From assembly GCA_965215515.1 (NCBI GenBank), contig OZ244057.1:1664001-1728000 (forward strand): a DNA stretch of 64,000 nucleotides, in the 5' to 3' direction. How positions within the stretch are numbered: position 1 is the first letter of the stretch; each line of letters begins with the position of its first letter. This DNA is from Oligoflexales bacterium. Its GTDB lineage: Bacteria; Bdellovibrionota_B; Oligoflexia; Oligoflexales; JAPPIL01. Of this stretch, positions 10,412 through 17,332 are shown one piece after another. The position numbers and the translations under genes were made by a program. The notes beneath the pieces are model-generated. The model did no database searches, was not told where the DNA came from, and saw nothing but the letters and a program-made list of their open reading frames with translations.

Positions 10412-11471
10412 TTATCTCTCCCTCTTGCACTAATGCGAAAGCTGCGTCCTTGAGACTGCCGACCTGTGTAATCTTTTTTTCTTCGTCTTTATGCAGGTAT
10501 TCAAAGACAAGCGTGCGTCCTCGTGTGCCGCGGTGATGGCAGTGTTCACAGCCCGCCGCGGTGTAGGGCACAACATCTAGTGTTTGTTGGCGAAACATCC
10601 TTGCTAACATCATGCCCGCTTCTTTTGCCTCTGTTTTGCAGACAGGGCACAGGGTCTTGGCTAAACGTTGTGCAGAAGCGAACAACAGCACACTCTCAAC
10701 CAGCCCCCGCTCAATACCCAGCCCCTCTAGGCGCGTTAAAATTTCTGCGGCACTGTTGGCATGCACGGTGGTTAGCACTAAATGCCCGGTGCAAGCGGCA
10801 TGGATCGCGGCAGTGGCGGTCTCGCGATCGCGCACTTCGCCGATCATGATCACGTCGGGGTCTTGCCGCATCAGGGCACGCAAGGCGGCGGCGAAAGAAA
10901 AACTTTTGCGCGGCTCGATCGCGGTCTGGTTAATCCCTGCCAACTCGTATTCGATCGGGTCTTCGACGGTGCAGACGTTGAGCTCAACACGATCGAGACT
11001 GCCGAGAATCGAGTAGAGCAACGTCGATTTGCCTGAACCGGTGGGGCCTGAGACGACGATCAAGCCCGCTTTTTTATTTATTAAGCGTTGTAAGATTGCC
11101 TTTGCTTCTGCCTCAAGCGGATAGGTAGTGAGGCTGAAATCTTTGCCGCGTTCTAGTAGCCGCAAGCAGATTTTTTCGCCGTAGCGGGTGGGCATAAGGT
11201 TACCACGCAGATCGAGTTTTTCTTCGGGATGTGCCCAGCGTGCATCTTGCGGCACACCGACGACGGTCATGTTGAAACCGAGCAGCTGTTTGGTGTGTTC
11301 CGCAAACAACGCGCGATCATCGCCTGCCACCTCCTTGATCTTGTGCAATGTGCCGTCGATGCGTTGGCGAATACAGATGCCGTTGGCAGTGGGTTCGATG
11401 TGAATATCCGAAGCTCCGTGGGTGAAGGCATAGCTGCAAATATCGAGCAGGGCGGCTTGGTGTGGGGTCAT
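10380..11471 (-). CDS. PilB/GspE/ComGA-family secretion ATPase lacking the N-terminal N1 domain
   Basis: ASDIHIEP, PQDAR, GPTGSGKS, TVEDPIEY, RQDPDVIMIGEVRD, TGHLVLTTVHAN, LCPVC...GCEHC. ATG 11471 overlaps the upstream stop (ATGA). Confidence 0.9.
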   Translation of the reverse strand: MTPHQAALLDICSYAFTHGASDIHIEPTANGICIRQRIDGTLHKIKEVAGDDRALFAEHTKQLLGFNMTVVGVPQDARWAHPEEKLDLRGNLMPTRYGEKICLRLLERGKDFSLTTYPLEAEAKAILQRLINKKAGLIVVSGPTGSGKSTLLYSILGSLDRVELNVCTVEDPIEYELAGINQTAIEPRKSFSFAAALRALMRQDPDVIMIGEVRDRETATAAIHAACTGHLVLTTVHANSAAEILTRLEGLGIERGLVESVLLFASAQRLAKTLCPVCKTEAKEAGMMLARMFRQQTLDVVPYTAAGCEHCHHRGTRGRTLVFEYLHKDEEKKITQVGSLKDAAFALVQEGEISANEAYALFS

Positions 11472-12283
11472 AGTAGCTTGCACACTCCTTTCGTCGATAC
11501 ATACGTCGCTTCAATCAGCATGTCCTTCCACGTCGTGCCACCGAAGGGCGGAAAGCAGCTGGTCTTTTTTTTGCGCCAGATGGCGAAGATGTAGGTGATC
11601 CCTTGTTTGTTTTTGTCGCGTTTCTTTTCGTCGGGGCCGGGCAGTGGCCAGTCGGTCGCAACATTGCCCGGTCGATAGCAGCCACGCATCTCGGTCAGCG
11701 GATAGACGAGTTGCCACTTATCATCTGCTTCAATCCCGCCAACGCCGTGTTGCCACTGATCGACGACGAATTCGCTGATACCGTAGTAGAGGCTTGGTAC
11801 TGACGCGGCTACACCGGGCATAGGCGGCAGCGCGGGGTAAGCGAACGCTTCTGTTGCAAACGGCACTGCGAGGGTGCGGGCATGCCAGAAAAAACTTTTG
11901 CTCTCCCCACCATCGCTACCGCCACTATCGGCGAAGTTGTTGGTTGGCAATGGGCTGCGGCTCTTATACCAGCGTTTAGCCCAATTGAAATGTTTGGCTA
12001 AGATACGCGGGTAAGCATCGGCGAACATGCTCTTCCCCCAGCGGGTGGTTACCTCGATCAGAAACAGCGGGCGATACATGTAGCCGCGCTTGCTGGGCAT
12101 CTTGGGACAGAGAAAACTATCGCAAGCTTTCCATTTGCACCTGCCGAAATGCGGTTCAGCACAGCTCCAAAAATAGTCGTCCAGCTCCTCATAGAATGTG
12201 CAACCGGTCACCGCCCCCCAACCTCTACCTGCTTCGGCAATAAGTGATATTAGCGAAAAAATGGTGGCAATCAGGACGAACAT
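11468..12283 (-). CDS. TraU-like / PFL_4710-like secreted Cys-rich protein; first gene of the transfer operon
   Basis: Signal peptide; YRPLFLIEV, YGISEF..DQW, KWQLVYP...CY, YIFAIWRK...SC motifs; short for the family. Confidence 0.6.
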   Translation of the reverse strand: MFVLIATIFSLISLIAEAGRGWGAVTGCTFYEELDDYFWSCAEPHFGRCKWKACDSFLCPKMPSKRGYMYRPLFLIEVTTRWGKSMFADAYPRILAKHFNWAKRWYKSRSPLPTNNFADSGGSDGGESKSFFWHARTLAVPFATEAFAYPALPPMPGVAASVPSLYYGISEFVVDQWQHGVGGIEADDKWQLVYPLTEMRGCYRPGNVATDWPLPGPDEKKRDKNKQGITYIFAIWRKKKTSCFPPFGGTTWKDMLIEATYVSTKGVCKLL

Positions 12284-12444
12284 CGGCTACACTTCGCCTC
12301 ATAGTCATCAGCCGTTGCTGACGGAAGTTAAGACTAAAACAATAGTCTTTGTTTGAATTATGGGGACACCGTAGCGCGGAAAGTTTCCCCTGTAAAGAAA
12401 AAATTGCATTTTCTATAAAAAAAATTTCAGGAGTATCACAACTG

Positions 12445-12987
12445 ATGAATATGACGGCTGAATTTATTGTGGGTTTAGGTCGTACCTTTAGAGCGGTGCG
12501 GGTACGGGAGGGCTTGACGCAACAGGAATTGGCGGCGGGCATGGGCATCAGTGTGCAGCAGGTCAAGCGTTACGAGCAGGAAAACCTCGATTTGATTGGC
12601 CCGCACGGTTTTACGATCAGTATGTTGGTAAAGCTGGCGCAGTATCTCGACACGCATCCGGTGACGTTGTTTACGGAGATCGTCTCGCATTCAAGGATTG
12701 CGCGACGCGATGAACGGGCGAAGAAACTGCAGAAGGTGTTAGCCTCAGTGGCGAGCGACAGCCTCGATGTCTTGCTATCACCGAAGTCAAAGCGCACCTC
12801 CAAAGCACCGTTCGGTAACGTGGCGGTGTGGAATTTAGAGATGGCCGCTAACCTCGCCCGTTTGCCCGCTAAAGCACGAGCACGGGTGGGGGTGGAAATT
12901 CTGCGGGCGTTGACTGACAGTGGTATCGCCTCCCGCAAGGAGATTGATAGTCAGCAACGGCAACTGTTTGAGTTCTCGGTGGGGTGA
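12445..12987 (+). CDS. Xre/Cro-family HTH transcriptional regulator, divergent from the tra operon
   Basis: LGRTFRAVRVREGLTQQELAAGMGISVQQVKRYE; likely start ATG 12445 or 12451 after SD AGGAG. Confidence 0.85.
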   Translation: MNMTAEFIVGLGRTFRAVRVREGLTQQELAAGMGISVQQVKRYEQENLDLIGPHGFTISMLVKLAQYLDTHPVTLFTEIVSHSRIARRDERAKKLQKVLASVASDSLDVLLSPKSKRTSKAPFGNVAVWNLEMAANLARLPAKARARVGVEILRALTDSGIASRKEIDSQQRQLFEFSVG

Positions 12988-13015
12988 GAATAACAATGCT
13001 ATTTACTAAATTCTT

Positions 13016-13056
13016 CGCAAGAAAGCCCACAGGCTTGTCCTGTGGGCTGAATTGCG
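13016..13056 (+). mobile_element. Hairpin resembling an IS200/IS605-family left end (remnant)
   Basis: Perfect stem AGCCCACAGG-CTTGT-CCTGTGGGCT (13024-13048) with outer CGCAA/TTGCG arms. Family assignment is from recalled end architecture only. Confidence 0.5.
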
Positions 13057-13070
13057 TCCTGCGGTAGTAT

Positions 13071-13907
13071 GTGGATATGATTAGGATGGTAAAATTTGCC
13101 TTGCGTGATTTCTCCGATGCTGAGCTGATCAGCGATTGGCAGGAATTTCGCCGCGGTGAGCCAAAGGCAAGTGCCTTGATCGTCGCGTCAAGGAACGAGA
13201 CAGTCGCGCGCCTCAACCGCGCGGCTCGTGCTCAGCTAAAAGAGCAGGGTGTGCTCAAGGACGGTAACAGCTTTGTCCGTAAAGATGGCACAACAATTGA
13301 ACTGGCGGTGAACGATACGATTGTGTTCACGGCTAGTGATAAGGCAAATGGAATCTTTAACAGCGATCTCGCGAGAATTCGTTCCATACAGGGCACAAAA
13401 ATTTCTGCGCTCAGAAGCGATGGCGAGTTTGTGTTCTTTGACCTGCGGGAATTCGCACAGGTGGCACATGGCTATGCGGTGACCGCGCACCGAGCACAGG
13501 GCACAACCGTCGATCGTGCCTTTGTCTATGCTGATGGTGCGTTCATGGATCGGGAAAAAGCTTACGTGGCGTTGACGCGTGGCAGAGCAGGCAACCGCTT
13601 GTATGCTGACCGTGCCTCGTTCGGCAGTCTGTCTTGGCAACAACAGGTGGAGGTTCGCAAGCTGTCCCGCGCTGACCGCGAGCAGTTTCTTACCGCGGAA
13701 TATCGTGATCGTCTGTGTGCACGTCTCGGCACATCCCGTGAGAAGGAGACCACACTTACCTATCGTGCCGATGACATCAACGCCCGCACGCATGGGAGGT
13801 TTGAGCAGGCGATGGCGAAACTGCAAGCGGCGTTCACGGCGGGATTGAGGGGCGATGGTCGGGAGAACGTCAGACCGAGAGATAGCGGGGTTGGTGTGGA
13901 GAAATAG
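13071..13907 (+). pseudogene. C-terminal RecD-like helicase portion of a TraA/TrwC-type relaxase-helicase; relaxase domain and Walker A missing
   Basis: ALIVASRNETVARLN, GIFNSDLARI, HGYAVTAHRAQGTTVDRA, YVALTRGR; no HUH motif or P-loop. Confidence 0.75.
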
Positions 13908-13945
13908 GTGTTGACATATTATTCGTTTTTGATTAATAAGAGGAT

Positions 13946-14266
13946 GTGGAGCGAAGAGCAGAACACTACACTACTGCTGCGGGTAAGAAGCCGTTTTGGA
14001 ACTGGTTTGGAGGGCTAGATCGCTCCTCTCGTTATGCGGTGGACAGATATATTTTCAGGGTTTGTCGTGGTGGCAGCACAAAGAATGTCAGGTATTTGGA
14101 TGACGGAGTTAGTGAGATCAAAATCGGTCGGATCAGAGTTTATTATGCCGAGACAGAAGATGCCCTTATTCTCCTCTGGGGAGGTGACAAGGGCACACTT
14201 GGGGCACAACGGGCTGATATAGCTAGAGCTAAACGTTATTGGAGGGATTATGTCCAGAAGAAGTGA
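13946..14266 (+). CDS. RelE/ParE-superfamily (HigB-like 'addiction module killer') toxin
   Basis: YTTAAGKKPF..WF..LD, GVSEIKI.RIRVYYA, LILLWGGDKGT...DI.RAK.YW.DY; perfect TTGACA at 13911-13916 upstream. Confidence 0.85.
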   Translation: MERRAEHYTTAAGKKPFWNWFGGLDRSSRYAVDRYIFRVCRGGSTKNVRYLDDGVSEIKIGRIRVYYAETEDALILLWGGDKGTLGAQRADIARAKRYWRDYVQKK

Positions 14267-14546
14267 GTCATACGACGCGGCCATTGCTAAAGAAATGCAA
14301 AACCCTGAGTTTGCGCGAGGCATGGTGTTACATGCGCTTGAAAGTGGCGATAGCGTTGAAGATGCGCTAAAGTATGCCATCCAAAGGATGGGTGTTAAAG
14401 AATTTTCGGAACAGTCTGGGTTATCAATTCAGAATGTTTCGGCATTTATCAACGGCAAACGTCGCTTTGGTTTCAGGAATTTAAGCAGATGCCTTGCCGT
14501 GTTCGGCTTGAAGTTTGTCGTCGCAGAGGATGACGAAGCTGCCTAA
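14250..14546 (+). CDS. HTH antitoxin (HigA-like addiction module antidote)
   Basis: 98 aa, HTH (GVKEFSEQSGLSIQNVSAFING); overlaps the toxin 3' end; toxin-first order. Confidence 0.8.
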   Translation: MSRRSESYDAAIAKEMQNPEFARGMVLHALESGDSVEDALKYAIQRMGVKEFSEQSGLSIQNVSAFINGKRRFGFRNLSRCLAVFGLKFVVAEDDEAA

Positions 14547-14555
14547 TCCGATTCA

Positions 14556-14584
14556 TTGAGGCACGATTCGTTTTGTGCTAAAAT
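14556..14584 (+). promoter_or_regulatory. Putative sigma70 promoter of the methyltransferase gene
   Basis: TTGAGG-N17-TAAAAT with extended TG. Confidence 0.5.
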
Positions 14585-14616
14585 CCTGCGCCAGAACTGG
14601 GGAAAGCTTTAGGGAC

Positions 14617-15066
14617 ATGCCGACGACGCAAGATTTTCTGACCATACCTGCTGCCAGTCGCTGGGCGAGTGCGTATTTACACAAGAATGTCACACCCTCT
14701 AACATCGCTTATCTCATGCAGTATGGGCGTATTCGCAGGCTTGAACAAGGTGGCACAACGCTGGTGCAGGCCAACGAATTAGGCATGCCAGCTGTTGGCA
14801 TCGACATCTCGGCATTCAACGCCTTGATCAGCAACGTCAAGGTAAACACGCACAACGTAGCCCAAATAAAAAAAGAACTAGCAACTCTTACGGATAAATT
14901 ACAGCAGCATGTTATCAGCTCGCGCATTAATACTTTTGAAACACATCTGGCACAGGAACTAGCACAGTTCAACGCACAGTATTTTCCCTCGCCGGAGTTT
15001 AAGTATCGGGTGCGGCAAGGCGAGATCGATCAGCGAACTTACGAAACGATCACTAACCATAACTGA
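14617..15066 (+). pseudogene. Site-specific DNA methyltransferase fragment, internally deleted and 3' truncated
   Basis: N-terminal LTIPAASRWAS...NIAYLMQYGRI is joined directly to GTTLVQANELGMPAVGIDIS (second half of the SAM-binding motif; DPF.G part absent). The last codons come from the 94-bp repeat. Confidence 0.65.
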
Positions 15067-15127
15067 ACTCCTCTACGTGAATTGTTAGAAGCCGATAGGG
15101 TGTCCGCTTTTTACGGGGGCATCTACA
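15034..15127 (-). repeat. 94-bp inverted repeat, left copy (IS-end-like)
   Basis: Reverse complement of 17186-17279 with one mismatch. Confidence 0.95.
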
Positions 15128-15315
15128 GCCATATAATGCCTCAGGATCGATTTTTTTGCCTGTCCTGATAGGACAGCATTCAGAAAATATTTTTGAAGAG
15201 TTGTTTTATGTTAGGTAGTTGTCTGTTATATGACTTCGCTATCTGCCTGACTACAGTCAGGAGGAGATTGTTGAGATGTTCCCCAAGAGTCACCCTTGAG
15301 CTAGGATTAACCTCT

Positions 15316-15350
15316 GATGGGGTGTTCCGTTTTTTACGAGGGCACCTACA
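15316..15350 (-). repeat. Degenerate third copy of the terminal ~34 bp of the repeat
   Basis: GATGGGGTGTTCCGTTTTTTACGAGGGCACCTACA vs GATAGGGTGTCCGCTTTTTACGGGGGCATCTACA (15094-15127): 4 mismatches and 1 indel. Confidence 0.8.
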
Positions 15351-15373
15351 GTGGCTGGCATGGCAGTATGACT

Positions 15374-16420
15374 TTAGTTCTTCAATGCCTTTTTAATTGC
15401 AGCTAATTTTTTGGTGTTGAGCCGCAGAACGTTGCAAATCTGCTCATCAGGTATGCCTATTGCCAGCATGCGTTCAGCAGCATCTAGTTGTTTCTGCTCG
15501 ATACCAAGCTGTTTACCTTGCTCGATACCAAGCTGTTTACCTTGCTCGATACCAAGCTGTTCGGCCCTATCGCTTTGTGTTTCCAACATGATCTCCAACC
15601 TCTCTTCCTGTGCCAAATCTGGCCACCTCTCCCGATCCACCCGATTGAAATCACCTTCATCGACCGCGTTATCGGCACCTACGTAGTATACATTTAGATT
15701 CTCTAGGATAAAAGCCCCGTCTTCGGGAGCAATTGAACGGCCTTTGGAGAGCAACGCAGCTACCGTGTCATCATTAGCATCCCACACTTCCGCCATTCCC
15801 TCCACCGCCGTTACCGCAGCGCGGTAGCTCTCATCGCTTGTTTCCTGTCCCGTCTCATCCCACAACTCGGCCAGGGGTAGCTTACGCAAATTCACCACCA
15901 AGCAAGGCATCTTCGGAAACAAAGCTCTAAATTCCTGTAGTATGGGAGGAATCTTTTCGTCAGCAAATTCAAGCGACAGATCATCTTCGGGCGGCTCGAA
16001 GTCCTTATCCTTGCAACATATCAAGACTACAGGAATAATCAAATTGCGGGTTGTCACCCTCTTGCGCTGCTTGAGTTGTTCACGACGAGCGGTAACATAA
16101 TACTCCATAGTCTGTAAAATTACTTCAGGATCACGATAACTCTTGTGTTCCAGAATAAAAGTGATCGTGATTTCCATGTCTGTATTTAGCAGACATACCG
16201 ACGCGGTTAGGTCAGTGCATATCTCTCCACCAGTTCGCTTCAGCAATATACCATCCTTGATGGTTAGGCTCGTAGCATTAAACGCGTCAACAAGCTTGGA
16301 TGGAAAGATAATACGCAATAACCCTGTGAGATATTTAGATTTTTTGAATATTTTCTTAAAAAATTCGTCGTGCAGATTATGCCCCTTCTGCGGTGCTGAC
16401 TTTTGCGTTTTTGCGGTCAA
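15374..16420 (-). CDS. Rpn/YhgA-like (Transposase_31) PD-(D/E)xK nuclease
   Basis: HDEFFKKIF, TDL, FILEHKSYRD, IIPVVL; C-terminal GIEQGKQL repeats (24-nt tandem, ~15496-15561) and AERML..G...EQI. Confidence 0.9.
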   Translation of the reverse strand: MTAKTQKSAPQKGHNLHDEFFKKIFKKSKYLTGLLRIIFPSKLVDAFNATSLTIKDGILLKRTGGEICTDLTASVCLLNTDMEITITFILEHKSYRDPEVILQTMEYYVTARREQLKQRKRVTTRNLIIPVVLICCKDKDFEPPEDDLSLEFADEKIPPILQEFRALFPKMPCLVVNLRKLPLAELWDETGQETSDESYRAAVTAVEGMAEVWDANDDTVAALLSKGRSIAPEDGAFILENLNVYYVGADNAVDEGDFNRVDRERWPDLAQEERLEIMLETQSDRAEQLGIEQGKQLGIEQGKQLGIEQKQLDAAERMLAIGIPDEQICNVLRLNTKKLAAIKKALKN

Positions 16421-16538
16421 ACCATTAGCCTCAAAGGTATCTAATCAAATTGTAAGTGCCTAAAATCATCTAGGTGCGACCCTGTGGAGAAGTCGTTCAT
16501 TAAACTATTGTTTTATAGACGATGAGTTGAACTCATTC

Positions 16539-17185
16539 CTACTTCGTTTTTAGGCCACGCTGTAGCGACTCTATTTCTTTTTTGGTTATGCCAGTGATGC
16601 GGCGGATTTTAGCTTCAAGCTCGCCCTCCTTTAGCATACGGAGTGCAATCTCGTAACGTTCCTCGGCCTTGCCTTTGGCCTTGCCTTCGGCCTTGCCTTC
16701 GGCCTTGCCTTTGGCTTTGCCTTCGGCCAGTCCCCTCTTGAAGCCCTGTTCTAGCCAACCTTCTTGACCAATTTTGACGGTGCGCATCAACCTATCCTTT
16801 ATTTTCTTGATACAACCAGCCTCGATCCTCTCTAGCACATTCATACTGAAGTTGCCACTGGATTCGGTGAGGCAGTTGGTCACCTGACCCATTAATCTTA
16901 ACCTTTCCTCCTTGCGCAGGGCAAGACTGCCGACAAAAAACGCCTCGATCGCCTCTTTGTTCAACTGTTGCAGACTTTGCCAGGCCAGCAGGTAGGGGTA
17001 TGACTGCGGAAATTCAGCTTGCAATACCTCTCTGGGAAGAGCCGCTAGATCAAGCAGCAGGTAGCCGAAATTGAGTGTTACCTCCCCGCATATGTTGTCG
17101 GAGGTGGAGCGAAAACGTTGTGGTAGTCTCCATTGTTTCTTTGCTGTGGAGATAACGATAGGCACGATCTCGTCGCTAGCGTTTG
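16539..17185 (-). pseudogene. Second Rpn-like gene, N-terminal nuclease motifs removed at the repeat junction
   Basis: IVPIVIST...W, FGYLLLDL, C-terminal (E/K)GKA 12-nt repeats and EIALRMLKEG...I.RITG; no HD.FFK or EH.S motif. The ORF-track N-terminus (17186-17231) is repeat-derived. Confidence 0.75.
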
Positions 17186-17279
17186 TGTAGATGCCCCCGT
17201 AAAAAGCGGACACCCTATCGGTTTCTAACAATTCACGTAGAGGAGTTCAGTTATGGTTAGTGATCGTTTCGTAAGTTCG
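17186..17279 (+). repeat. 94-bp inverted repeat, right copy (IS-end-like; contains SD AGAGGAG and ATG 17253)
   Basis: Begins TGTAGATGCCCCCGTAAAAAGCGGACACCC; inverted match to 15034-15127. Confidence 0.95.
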
Positions 17280-17332
17280 GAGGCACCCGATAGAGAGGGA
17301 GCGGCCGTTGTTGCAGAGCAACGGGTAAGGTT

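Noticed and set aside
12284..12444. oriT in the divergent tra/Xre intergenic region
   Set aside because: AT-rich promoter-like DNA, but no nick-site consensus or convincing inverted repeat identified
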